From: Methanobacteriota archaeon
Lineage (GTDB): Archaea; Thermoplasmatota; Poseidoniia; MGIII; CG-Epi1
Assembly: GCA_002687355.1 (NCBI GenBank)
Contig: NYZZ01000036.1
Span: 1-56,575 of the forward strand
Length of the DNA: 56,575 bases
Reading direction: 5' to 3'
In this document: piece by piece, positions 1-10,477 of the stretch
How positions within the stretch are numbered: the stretch's first letter is position 1
Layout: each line of letters starts with the position of its first letter
Position numbers and translations under genes: made by a program
Notes under the pieces: generated by a model
Database searches by the model: none
Told to the model about the DNA's origin: nothing
What the model saw: only the letters and a program-made list of their open reading frames with translations

Positions 1-1284
<1,284 letters not shown>

Positions 1285-1356
1285 CTATCTGTTGGGACGG
1301 CAGACGAATGAGGTTAAAAGCATGTCCCTAATTTTATATATCTGTCGTCAGTAAAA

Positions 1357-2979
1357 TTAGCGATGCAGGAACAGCGCTTGACTTCGCTCCAGTCTGACAA
1401 AGCCAATCCGCTCGAATTGCACCACTTCGCCCATCATTTCGGCAGCCGCTGGCTCTGCAATGCCCTCAACCTTTGAGCCGTTCGGTCTCAGCAGCTGTAG
1501 CGGCTCACCGGCCACACACCATTGAAGGATTGGTACGCCTTTAATCGGGGCATCGCTAACATGCTCCAACTGGCCATTGCGTAGTCGGCAATTACACAAG
1601 TTCTTGAGCCGAAGCAAATCGCCCTCTGCCAGCTGTGCCATGTCGGCCGCCGGCAACAAAATAGTCACACCTGGCATGACTGTTTCACGCCTCTCACCCA
1701 TCTCGGCATGCTCGGGATGAAATGGTGCGTGCTTCTCCAACGGCTGTGATGCTTCAAGGATTAGCTCAACTGGTTCTGGTACCCAGAAGAGACGTTTCGC
1801 CTCTGGCTCAACAAGCACGCGATTGGCTGCCTCCAAATTCTGCCACGATAGCGTGATATCTGCCTCCTTGACGCCGGCAGCTATCCAGTAATCCATGATA
1901 GCCTGCGGCTGGTAGCCGCGCCGTCGTAGCGCCGCAAGTGTCGCGAGCTGTGGGTCATCCCAGCCACAATAATCTCCATCAGCGATACCTTCGGAAATAG
2001 TAGTGGTCTTGAGCAACGCGTCGGGAATCGAGACCAGCCCATAGTGAATGAACTGCGGCTCGCCCCAATCTAGGTGACGGTAGACCCATTGCTGACACAG
2101 TGTATTATTCAGATGGTCCTTGCCGCGCAGTACGTGCGTCACACCGAGTCGATAATCGTCAACTGCAACGGCAAAATTATAGGTCGGCCAGAGTCGCCAC
2201 GTACTGCCCTGTCGTGGGTGTGAAGTTTCAACAACTCGTAGAGCGACGAAATCACGCAGTGCAGGATTATTGCTTTCGAGGTCAGTCTTTACGACCACTA
2301 TTCCATCGCCCCCGGAAAACAGCGCTTCAAACGCCGCTAGATGCGATGCTGATTTGTCGTCGCGGCAAGGGCAAGCTGTGCTGTGGCGCTTCAGCTCGCG
2401 CCACTTTTCGGCGTCGCAGTGGCAAACGTAGGCTGCATCACGTGACAGCAGCTCACGGGCATCTTCGTAGTAAATTTCGAGGCGATCCGACTGTACCACT
2501 ATCTCGTTAGGCTTTGCACCGAGCCATTCCATATCTAAAGTAATTAGGTCATATGCGGCCGGGTCGACTACCGTCGGGTTGGTATCCTCCAGCCTCAGGA
2601 TAAGCTTGCCATTGTGTATTCCACGGAAGGCATGATTCAGCGCCACCGCTCGCGAGTGACCCAAATGTAGTGGACCGCTCGGTCCCGGTGCAAAGCGCAG
2701 CACCACCGGACCATCGACCTCGAGTGGTGTGAGCCCACTATGACCACTACCAGTCGCCTTGCGAGGTTTGGGTGCGGGTGCCTGCGCCGCCACTTCTGCA
2801 GGCGAAAGCGCGTTCACCTCAGTAACGATACGCGCCGCAATGGTACCCAGTTCGCGCGCTTGCGACCGTAAACCCGCGTGTGCGCCGAGCACCTTCCCTA
2901 AGACTGATTTCGGCTGCGCCGAACCGTGTCGGACCGCCTCCTGCAGCGCAGCTGCGCGCAATGCCTCCTCCGCTTCCAC
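1357..2979 (-). CDS. gltX: Glutamyl-tRNA synthetase, archaeal type (probably non-discriminating)
   Basis: RFAPGPSGPLHLGH (HIGH), LRLEDTNP, THVLRGKDH, WDDPQLATL, VQFERIGFVR. Start placed at GTG 2979 from an upstream TTGATAA box; the ORF is open to 3042. Confidence 0.93.
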   Translation of the reverse strand: MEAEEALRAAALQEAVRHGSAQPKSVLGKVLGAHAGLRSQARELGTIAARIVTEVNALSPAEVAAQAPAPKPRKATGSGHSGLTPLEVDGPVVLRFAPGPSGPLHLGHSRAVALNHAFRGIHNGKLILRLEDTNPTVVDPAAYDLITLDMEWLGAKPNEIVVQSDRLEIYYEDARELLSRDAAYVCHCDAEKWRELKRHSTACPCRDDKSASHLAAFEALFSGGDGIVVVKTDLESNNPALRDFVALRVVETSHPRQGSTWRLWPTYNFAVAVDDYRLGVTHVLRGKDHLNNTLCQQWVYRHLDWGEPQFIHYGLVSIPDALLKTTTISEGIADGDYCGWDDPQLATLAALRRRGYQPQAIMDYWIAAGVKEADITLSWQNLEAANRVLVEPEAKRLFWVPEPVELILEASQPLEKHAPFHPEHAEMGERRETVMPGVTILLPAADMAQLAEGDLLRLKNLCNCRLRNGQLEHVSDAPIKGVPILQWCVAGEPLQLLRPNGSKVEGIAEPAAAEMMGEVVQFERIGFVRLERSQALFLHR

Positions 2980-3117
2980 AGCGGCAAGGGCGATAACGGG
3001 GTTATCAATCTGCCGCCCACACCTGACAATTGACGGAAACAACTGCTAGATGGGAGTTAATCAAGCTGTGCAGTCAGCAACGTCAATCTTTAATTCCAGA
3101 ACCGTACAGGGCACCCC

Positions 3118-3732
3118 ATGAAGTGGATGCTGACGGTGGCATTGCTACTTGCCACCACGGGCTGCATCGATGTACCTGCCATGAACGGGCTAATGGACCG
3201 ACTGGTACCAGAACCTGAGATGATTTATCAAGAGGTGGAACTGGCCCATTTTGAGGGACAGTTCGCGCCAGACCCAGACCAGGACCAAGGTGCGGTGCTG
3301 GACGCTGCTGAGAAGATTCTCAGCGACCCGGCCCAAATTGGGGCAGTAGCGCAGAACCTCTCCTGGGTCGAGTATACCCACCACTTCCTGCTGCCTCCCG
3401 GCGCTACTTGGCTGCGGATTGAGATTACTGTAGACTACACTCTTATCGGTGGCGGACAGCCGGAAGAGGGGCCTGCGGGAACGCTTGACTTGACCTTTCG
3501 CACTCCTGATGGGGAACGAAGATGCCGTGATGAGCGGAGCCCGCCCTGCTTCGAAATAGTCTATTTTGGTGATGGAGAGAAAGAAATCGATGGCTATTCA
3601 CCACCACTGCCACCGGTCCCGGGAGAGTGGATTGTCACTATTTCCGGCTCCGGGATGGAAGGCCTGCTTGGAGAGATAATCTACTCAGGCAACTACAAGA
3701 TGATAGTCGTGACCGAGCTGCCGGGCAGCTAG
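3118..3732 (+). CDS. Hypothetical lipoprotein with a beta-rich (PPC-like) C-terminal domain
   Basis: Signal and lipobox MKWMLTVALLLATTGC; PGEWIVTISG; TTTAAT box at 3089. Confidence 0.6.
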   Translation: MKWMLTVALLLATTGCIDVPAMNGLMDRLVPEPEMIYQEVELAHFEGQFAPDPDQDQGAVLDAAEKILSDPAQIGAVAQNLSWVEYTHHFLLPPGATWLRIEITVDYTLIGGGQPEEGPAGTLDLTFRTPDGERRCRDERSPPCFEIVYFGDGEKEIDGYSPPLPPVPGEWIVTISGSGMEGLLGEIIYSGNYKMIVVTELPGS

Positions 3733-3816
3733 AATGTCCCGCCGGTTTGAGCCTGTAGTCAAACAAGGTCTACTGCATCCGCATCACCGGTATTCAACAG
3801 CTCTCCATCTCTACTG

Positions 3817-4635
3817 CTAAAGCACCAATAGCATTAGCCCGACCACACCACAATAAGGTGCGAACCAGTGGAAGCGGCGCTGCTCAACAAGCATCAGCAG
3901 CCAGCGTAATGCCAAGAATCCCGTGATAGCGGCAGCGGCCACGCCCAGCAGAAATTCAATTGGCTCGATACCTGCAAGTGCTCCTTCGCGATCCTGCAAC
4001 AATTCGAGGCCAGTTGCGCCGAGGATAGCGGGCATCGACATCAGAAACGAGAGTCGGGCCGCCGCGACAGGGCGCATGCCAGCTGCCATCCCGGCCGCAA
4101 TTGTCAACCCCGAGCGTGAAATTCCTGGCAGCACCGCCAGTCCCTGTACCAGCCCCATCCAAGCACCGACTGTGAGTGGGACAGTCGCAGCATCGTGTGT
4201 GCCGCCACGCCCATGCGAGAACCAGAGCACGCCGGCAGTCATGAGTAATCCCACTCCCGTGATTGGAAGAGAGTCAAGCCAGTCTGTAGCTAACGTGTCA
4301 AAGCTGTAGCCAATAATCGCAGTTGGGATACTCGCCAGCAGCACCAGCAGTACGGTGCGCTCATCTGGATCGGATGTGCCCTCGCGAAACGTACGCAGGG
4401 CTCTTGGTGTAGCACGTAGCGCCCGCAGGATATCCTTGCGCAGCAGCCAACCTGCGGCGAGTAGTGTACCGAGGTGCAACGCGATGTTGAAAAAAAGTGG
4501 TGGACGCACGCCGCTAAGGTGCTCAAAAATCACCAGATGGCCACTGCTGCTGACCGGTAGCCACTCTGTTAGTCCCTGCACTATACCAAGCAGCACTGCG
4601 GTCGGCAAATCCATCCCCGAGCCGGACAGTCCCAC
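3817..4635 (-). CDS. uppP: Undecaprenyl/polyprenyl-diphosphate phosphatase (BacA family)
   Basis: GIVQGLTEWLPVSSSGHL and PGISRSG motifs; multi-pass hydrophobic protein. Confidence 0.93.
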   Translation of the reverse strand: MGLSGSGMDLPTAVLLGIVQGLTEWLPVSSSGHLVIFEHLSGVRPPLFFNIALHLGTLLAAGWLLRKDILRALRATPRALRTFREGTSDPDERTVLLVLLASIPTAIIGYSFDTLATDWLDSLPITGVGLLMTAGVLWFSHGRGGTHDAATVPLTVGAWMGLVQGLAVLPGISRSGLTIAAGMAAGMRPVAAARLSFLMSMPAILGATGLELLQDREGALAGIEPIEFLLGVAAAAITGFLALRWLLMLVEQRRFHWFAPYCGVVGLMLLVL

Positions 4636-4684
4636 GGCGGGGCGAGTCGCTACGTTTATTTAACGCGGGTGCAGGTGCACAGCG

Positions 4685-5761
4685 ATGGTGTCACAGCAGT
4701 TGGAGTGCCCAGTCTGCTTCATACGCTTCGATACTGAACGGCAGGCAGGACAGTCGGTCACCTGCCCCAGCTGCGACCATAGTTTCAACACACCTGATGA
4801 GGAAAAATTTCCACCGGAAGCTGCCCCGACAGCACAGGTCGATGATGTTGAAGAAGAAACCACGTACGAAGCGACCGAAGAAGAAGCCCCGGACAATGAT
4901 AAAGAACCGGAGAGCGACGAGGCGGAGGAGGAAGCTCCACAAAATGACGAGATACTTGATAGGGAACCGGAGGATGCGACCAACGACGAAGAAGTGGATG
5001 CTGAGGAAGCACCGGAAACGGGTGAGCCAGATGATGACGAGCCGTCTGCCCCGCCAGATGCGACATCGCCTGGCGCACTGGTATTGTTGGGTGAGCTTTC
5101 GACTGCCTACCATACCAAACGACTGCAATCTGTCATCGATGGTCCACGCAGCCGGGCACAGCTAGCGGGGCTATTGCTGCTCGCAGTCGCAGTGCTGGGG
5201 TTACTGGCAGCGACCGCTACTGCAGTCAAGTGGAACGGCTACGATTCTCCTTGGGATGACGAGGTTACGGCCAGCCTTTACGGCTCAGTAATTGACGTTG
5301 ACGGAAACCAGCTTGAGGGTGTGCGCGTCGCCGCGGGTGGCCAGCAAACTTTTACTGACGGTGAGGGACGCTACTTCCTACATAACCTGACATCCGGTGA
5401 GCTGAAAGTGACCTTCTTCAGCCCCGGCTATCGCACTCACTCAATCTGGATTGATCTGCGACCGGCCGGCACCAACGACCTGCTCGTACAGCTTGAGATG
5501 GGTGATGGTCAAGATGTCGATGACCAACGCAGCCACGTTCTGCGACCATGGCCCCCCACCCAGGCGCTGGCTGCAGTCATGGGGGTAATGGCACTGCTGG
5601 CATTGTTCGGAAGCGCAGCGGCGCTGCTCGAACGCCATTTCCGACTGGCACTCTTCGGTGCGGTAGCGGGCATCCTAAGCTGGGGGTTCCTGCTCGGCAG
5701 CTTGTTCTCACTGGCGGCGCTGCTGCTGCTTTTGGGAGACCGTGAGCGGTTCGATGCGTGA
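4685..5761 (+). CDS. Membrane protein: Zn-ribbon, acidic linker, carboxypeptidase-regulatory-like domain, TM helices
   Basis: CPVC...CPSC; D/E-rich linker; TM; GSVIDVDGNQLEGVRV...TDGEGRY; C-terminal TMs. Confidence 0.7.
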   Translation: MVSQQLECPVCFIRFDTERQAGQSVTCPSCDHSFNTPDEEKFPPEAAPTAQVDDVEEETTYEATEEEAPDNDKEPESDEAEEEAPQNDEILDREPEDATNDEEVDAEEAPETGEPDDDEPSAPPDATSPGALVLLGELSTAYHTKRLQSVIDGPRSRAQLAGLLLLAVAVLGLLAATATAVKWNGYDSPWDDEVTASLYGSVIDVDGNQLEGVRVAAGGQQTFTDGEGRYFLHNLTSGELKVTFFSPGYRTHSIWIDLRPAGTNDLLVQLEMGDGQDVDDQRSHVLRPWPPTQALAAVMGVMALLALFGSAAALLERHFRLALFGAVAGILSWGFLLGSLFSLAALLLLLGDRERFDA

Positions 5762-6282
5762 GCAACTGGCAGGTTGTACGGTTTATCACAGTACTCTCGC
5801 GCCGCGAGCAAGTAGCGCTAGCCCTGCTCTGGAGCTGGCTACTACTTGTTGCCGGAGGGCCATTACTACTGGAACCGGGAACGACCGGGGACTTGTCAGG
5901 ATACACCTTAGGTGTCGACAATGTGGAGATGCTTAACGAGATTAATCCTCTTGCGCGAGCGGTCTACTGGGTGGGGGATGTCAACTGCCACCAGAAGGCA
6001 ACACGTTCCTACGCATACGCAGACAACCAAATGCCGTTCTGCGCACGCGATCTAGGCATCTTCGCCGGTCTTGCTCTAGGCTTCACTGTTGCTTTACGAC
6101 GCCGTCCGGAGCTGTCACTGCCACTGGTACTGCTAGCACTAGTACCAATCGGCCTCGATGGAACCATTCAGCTGCTGACCGACTATGAATCGACCAATCC
6201 GCGACGGCTGGTCACGGGACTTATTGCAGGTGGCGTAACAGGATGGGCACTGATGATTATTTTGGAGCCGCGGCGAAATTAG
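5758..6282 (+). CDS. DUF2085-like membrane protein
   Basis: CHQKATRS...QMPFCARDLGIFAG and LDGTIQL...STNPRRLVTG; GTGA overlap with the upstream gene. Confidence 0.8.
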   Translation: MSNWQVVRFITVLSRREQVALALLWSWLLLVAGGPLLLEPGTTGDLSGYTLGVDNVEMLNEINPLARAVYWVGDVNCHQKATRSYAYADNQMPFCARDLGIFAGLALGFTVALRRRPELSLPLVLLALVPIGLDGTIQLLTDYESTNPRRLVTGLIAGGVTGWALMIILEPRRN

Positions 6283-6296
6283 CTGGTATGCTCTTA

Positions 6297-6458
6297 CTAG
6301 TCCACAGACTCGTTGCACCACGGACAATCTCTCGCGTCCGGTGGTAGCACGCGGTAGCACTTTGCGCAGAGTTGGCCAGGGTTGTAGAACTTCTGCCACA
6401 GAAAAACGGAGGCGATGATGCCGAACAGCAGCAGCATGGCAGCAATGGTGAAAATCAT
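6297..6458 (-). CDS. Small membrane protein with C-terminal Zn-ribbon
   Basis: MIFTIAAMLLLFGIIASVFLW followed by CAKC...CPWC. The upstream ORF extension overlaps the peroxiredoxin, so the start is uncertain. Confidence 0.55.
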   Translation of the reverse strand: MIFTIAAMLLLFGIIASVFLWQKFYNPGQLCAKCYRVLPPDARDCPWCNESVD

Positions 6459-6498
6459 CGCTGTATCAACATGGATATGTGCGTGAAACCAATTGCTA

Positions 6499-7062
6499 TC
6501 ATAGGGTCTTACGGCCGGGGCGCCAACTAGCAGGGCAGGCCTTACCGGTCTGGAGTGCCTGCAATAATCGCACGATTTCGTCAATGCTGCGGCCGGTCCC
6601 GGCGGGGTAGACTGAGTAGGCGCGCACGATGCCCTCGTCATCAATTATGAAAGTGCCGCGGAGTGCCATCCCGGCGCGCTCGTCGAGGATGCCGTAGGCA
6701 CGGCTAATACGCAGTGAGGGGTCTTCCAGCAGCGGGTAGCCTAGCTTGTCGATGCCGCCGCGCGTGCGTGGACGCTCCATCCAAGCTTGGTGACTCTGCT
6801 TGGAATCGGTCGAGCAGCCAATAACTTGCGCGCCCGCCTGTTCAAAATCAGGCAGTCGACGGTTGAAGGCATGGATCTCGGTGGGACAGAGTCCGGAAAA
6901 ATCACGAGGATAGAAGAATAGCACGGTCCAGAGACTGCGCTTGCGGTTCTGTGCCAAGTCTACTGTTGGGTACTCGAAGTCTTTCTTGCGAGGGTTCCAG
7001 CGTACTGCCTTTCCCTCGAAATCAGGCGCTGGTTGTCCTATCTCGGCCCTCGCTTCACTCAC
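6499..7062 (-). CDS. ahpC: 2-Cys peroxiredoxin (AhpC/Prx1)
   Basis: FFYPRDFSGLCPTE (peroxidatic Cys), RGTFIID, GRSIDE, ACPASW (resolving Cys). Confidence 0.9.
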   Translation of the reverse strand: MSEARAEIGQPAPDFEGKAVRWNPRKKDFEYPTVDLAQNRKRSLWTVLFFYPRDFSGLCPTEIHAFNRRLPDFEQAGAQVIGCSTDSKQSHQAWMERPRTRGGIDKLGYPLLEDPSLRISRAYGILDERAGMALRGTFIIDDEGIVRAYSVYPAGTGRSIDEIVRLLQALQTGKACPASWRPGRKTL

Positions 7063-7100
7063 CCTATGAACCTCGTGGAAGCGGTGAGTCGAGGCCCGGT

Positions 7101-8168
7101 TTAAGCGATTCGCGCGAAGTCCTGTATCGCCTCAATAACTGTACTGATGTCACCCTCGGAAAGACCAGGGTGTATCGGCAAACTTAACACGCGGGAGGGG
7201 AATGTGGCGGCTCTGGGTGTCGTTGCAGTGAACTCCACCAGCGGCCGCGCCTCGTAGAGCAACGAGGGATAGTAAACACCACTACCGATGTCGTGTGCGG
7301 CAAGATGCTCCCGCAGAGCATCGCGCGTATCGGATTGAATGGTGTACTGGTGAAATACATGTCCGCGCCGCGCCTCGGGAACCTGCACGCAGTCGGCCAG
7401 CTCCGCGCTGTAGCGCTGCGCATTAGCACGGCGGGCAGAGTTATAGCCGTCCAGCTTGCGCAGCTGGACACGGCCAATAGCGGCGGCGATATCAGTCATA
7501 CGATAATTAAATCCCAACTGCAAATGCTCGTACCGCTCGCCCTGGCCATGCGCGCGTAGCTGTGCTACCGTATCGGCCACCGCATCGTTATTGGTTGTCA
7601 CCATGCCTCCCTCGCCAGTAGTCATATTTTTTGTGGGATAGAAGCTGAAGCAGCCTGCAAGCCCAAGTGCCCCCGCACGACCGTTCCCGGCGTCAGCACC
7701 ATGTGCTTGGCAAGCATCCTCAATAATCGGTACTTGCGCTGCGTCGCACACTTCGCAGAGTGCGGTCATGTTGCACAGCTCGCCGTAGAGGTGGACCGGT
7801 AACACTGCCTTCGTGCGCGGTGTGATGGCCGTCGCGACCGCAGCAGGATCAAGGGTGTAGCTATCCGGCTCCAAGTCGACGAAAACTGGTGTCGCACCTA
7901 CCATGCGAATGCTGGATGCGCTCGCAAAAAACGAGAAGGGTGTCGTGATAACCTCATCGCCTGGGCCGACACCGGCTGCAAGCAGAGCTAGATGCAGTGC
8001 AGTGGTACCGTTGGTCGTTGCGAGAGCGTGCCGCGTGCCGCAGAAAGCGGCGAACTCGCGCTCAAAAACCTCAACCTCGGGGCCTTGCGCCAGCAAGCCT
8101 GAAGAAAGGACGCGCGCGACCTCGCGCTGCTCCTCGTCGCCTACCAGTGGTTTCGCAATTGGAATCAT
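7101..8168 (-). CDS. DegT/DnrJ/EryC1/StrS PLP-dependent sugar aminotransferase
   Basis: NGTTALHLAL, PVHLYG, IEDACQAHGA, FSFYPTKNMTTGEGG, GFNYRM. Confidence 0.93.
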   Translation of the reverse strand: MIPIAKPLVGDEEQREVARVLSSGLLAQGPEVEVFEREFAAFCGTRHALATTNGTTALHLALLAAGVGPGDEVITTPFSFFASASSIRMVGATPVFVDLEPDSYTLDPAAVATAITPRTKAVLPVHLYGELCNMTALCEVCDAAQVPIIEDACQAHGADAGNGRAGALGLAGCFSFYPTKNMTTGEGGMVTTNNDAVADTVAQLRAHGQGERYEHLQLGFNYRMTDIAAAIGRVQLRKLDGYNSARRANAQRYSAELADCVQVPEARRGHVFHQYTIQSDTRDALREHLAAHDIGSGVYYPSLLYEARPLVEFTATTPRAATFPSRVLSLPIHPGLSEGDISTVIEAIQDFARIA

Positions 8169-8326
8169 CGTGAGCGCACGCAGAATGAGCCATTTAACAA
8201 CGCTGGCACCTGTGTTGCAATAATCTCGAGAACTCCAGAAAGGTGGGACCCAACGCCAGATTTACCTATAAATTATTAACCCAATTATTAAATAGTGGCT
8301 TCTACAGGCTATTTTTGGTGTCCACT

Positions 8327-8935
8327 ATGTTTGAAGACACGAACACAAAAGCCGTCAGTGCCGAAGCCATGGGAACCTTCTTTCTGGTTTTCATAGGCCT
8401 CAGTGCTTTCGTCACGCTTGGTGGGGGTTTCGGCGGGGCATTCGCCTTCGGTGTAACTCTCATGGTCCTGATGCACGTCATGGGACCCATATCCGGATGT
8501 CACCTCAACCCTGCGGTGTCCATCGGGAATTTTATGTCGAACAAAATGTCGCAGGATGATGCTATTGCATATGTCCTAGCACAGATTGGCGGCGCGTTCA
8601 TCGCTGCAGCAGCTATAGGGGGGACATTTGACTTCCTGTCAGGTGACATGGCTATCCTCGGTCAAGCAGTGGTCGGCACGACCTTCTTCGTGATGGTTCT
8701 GCTCACGACCTCAGATCCCTGGGCTGTTGGAGGCACATTGTTCGTGATGACTGCAATGGCGAGCGGCTTTGGTGACGTCAACCCCGGCGTACTCGCTGGT
8801 GGAGCAATAGAGGCAAACCTGCTGGCCGACACCGCGCCTACAGCTGAGGCGGCGTCTGCAACCATGTACGCTATGGTTGGTGGAGTCATAGGCGCCATAG
8901 CTGGCTGGGCCATCAAAGACAACGTTCTGGATTGA
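8327..8935 (+). CDS. Aquaporin/MIP family channel (short, second NPA replaced by NPG)
   Basis: AEAMGTFFLVFIG; ISGCHLNPAVS; YVLAQIGGA; DVNPGV. Start taken at ATG 8327. Confidence 0.8.
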   Translation: MFEDTNTKAVSAEAMGTFFLVFIGLSAFVTLGGGFGGAFAFGVTLMVLMHVMGPISGCHLNPAVSIGNFMSNKMSQDDAIAYVLAQIGGAFIAAAAIGGTFDFLSGDMAILGQAVVGTTFFVMVLLTTSDPWAVGGTLFVMTAMASGFGDVNPGVLAGGAIEANLLADTAPTAEAASATMYAMVGGVIGAIAGWAIKDNVLD

Positions 8936-8975
8936 AACACACACACCTTAGGGGCTTGCGTCCCCATTGAAAACC

Positions 8976-9009
8976 GTGTCCCGTCTACGGGCGGGACACA
9001 CCCTTTTTT
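8976..9009 (+). terminator. Stem-loop followed by a T-tract (intrinsic-terminator-like) after the MIP gene
   Basis: GTGTCCCGTC-TACG-GGCGGGACAC then ACCCTTTTTT, between convergent genes. Confidence 0.6.
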
Positions 9010-9027
9010 CAGGTTGACTGCACGTGT

Positions 9028-9933
9028 TCATACTGAGATATTGAACCACCCACGCAGAAGGATTCCTACACCATACGAAAGTAGCGCTACGCCGCCCGAA
9101 ATAGCACACATCTCGATAAAGCGGCGGCGAAACGGCTGATCTTGTGCAACCGCGACATAGTAGTTGAACGCGGCGACGATGAAAACACCTATGATGAGCG
9201 TCGCGCCGAGCGCCTGGTGCAGCACCGATAGCCCCCATACTGGAGCCGCGTCTGGCTGCAACGCTAGGTAAGGAAACACCAGCAGGAATACCGTCACCAG
9301 ATACGCGATACCAGTGTAGAAGGCAGCGCGCAGTGGATTGCGGTTGTCAGCTTCAGTGCGCGTTGCTAGGAATTCGGAAGCGGCCATCGACATCGCCGCC
9401 GCAATGCCAGTGACGAGTCCCGCCAGCGCGACCAAGCGCAGGTTCTGGAACGCGAAAGTCAATCCGGCCAGCGCACCCGTAAGCTCGACTAGTGCATCGT
9501 TGAGGCCGAGCACCATCGATCCAGTATACTGCAGCCGCTCCTCATCAAGCATCGCCAGCAGGTGCTGCTCGTGAGCTTCCTCCTCCTCCATAATTGGCCG
9601 TGCGGCAGGGATTACATCGAGGATGTTGCGATACTCGGTAGCGATGTTCACCTCATCACGCTCAAGCAAGTTGACACAGAAAGTGATGCCCAGCAGTCGC
9701 GCCAGCAGCGAAAACCATGCTACACGTAGGCGTGAGGGTGCTACCTCCTGACCAGAATATTCCTTCCAGAACTCATAGTGTCGTACCTCGTCATCAGCTA
9801 TCTGCTGGAGTACCTTGCGATTCTGCGCATTCTTCTCTCGTTTAGCCAACTTCTCATAGATGAGCGCCTCGGTCAACTCCAGATACTGGAAGCGCAGTAC
9901 CTGCTTCAGGGTCGCTGCGTCAATCTCCATCAA
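9028..9933 (-). CDS. Rubrerythrin/ferritin-like domain fused to a VIT1/CCC1 metal transporter domain
   Basis: N-terminal ExxH pairs (DEVRH, EEEAH); C-terminal VLGLNDALVE...AAAMSMAASEFL. Confidence 0.88.
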   Translation of the reverse strand: MMEIDAATLKQVLRFQYLELTEALIYEKLAKREKNAQNRKVLQQIADDEVRHYEFWKEYSGQEVAPSRLRVAWFSLLARLLGITFCVNLLERDEVNIATEYRNILDVIPAARPIMEEEEAHEQHLLAMLDEERLQYTGSMVLGLNDALVELTGALAGLTFAFQNLRLVALAGLVTGIAAAMSMAASEFLATRTEADNRNPLRAAFYTGIAYLVTVFLLVFPYLALQPDAAPVWGLSVLHQALGATLIIGVFIVAAFNYYVAVAQDQPFRRRFIEMCAISGGVALLSYGVGILLRGWFNISV

Positions 9934-9954
9934 TGGCCCAGCGCGGGGCAGTTT

Positions 9955-10425
9955 TCACCCCTTGCCCCTAACTGGCAACAAAGCGCAGCGTGTCAAGACT
10001 AGCTTTGGCCAGCGTTCGGCCGGGTTGGCATCGAGCGCTCCTTGCGGCAGTCCGAAGGCTTGGTAGTCAAAATCGTCAATTGAGAGCACACCTTCATCCT
10101 CCGTGACCTGATCTGCCAACCCTGTAGGCGGTTCCCCGAAAGCAACCCACGCTACAGCCTCCGTTACAGGCGTCAATCCGGCGTGAACTATAGCGCGCGA
10201 GACCTGCCGCTGACCGGTCAGATATAGCAGCACCTCACTAGCTCGGCTATGCGAGAGCGCGTAGCCACCGGTATGTGCGCGTTGTGCCAACTCAGCCGCC
10301 TGCCGAAGATGCAACACGCCGCATACTGCCTTGGCATCGACTAGTGCCAGCTCCGGTCCCAGCAGAGCCTTTAGCGCTTCGTCACTTCCCGGCTGGCAGC
10401 GGCCACTACCGACAGTGAACTCCAT
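9955..10425 (-). CDS. cgi121: KEOPS complex subunit Cgi121
   Basis: LVDAKAVCGVLHL...EVLLYLTGQRQVSRAI..AG pattern of archaeal Cgi121. Confidence 0.8.
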   Translation of the reverse strand: MEFTVGSGRCQPGSDEALKALLGPELALVDAKAVCGVLHLRQAAELAQRAHTGGYALSHSRASEVLLYLTGQRQVSRAIVHAGLTPVTEAVAWVAFGEPPTGLADQVTEDEGVLSIDDFDYQAFGLPQGALDANPAERWPKLVLTRCALLPVRGKG

Positions 10426-10477
10426 GCTGGCGAAGGCAGGGCATATTATATATCTGGCAGCACCCTCGCGTCATCCT

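Noticed and set aside
3733..3816. Possible tRNA or ncRNA in intergenic gaps (also 2980-3117, 8169-8326, 35822-35969)
   Set aside because: I could not see a cloverleaf, T-loop consensus or convincing structure. An Rfam or tRNAscan run would be needed to exclude this fully.
8938..8947. (AC)n run after the MIP stop codon
   Set aside because: Too short to be meaningful.
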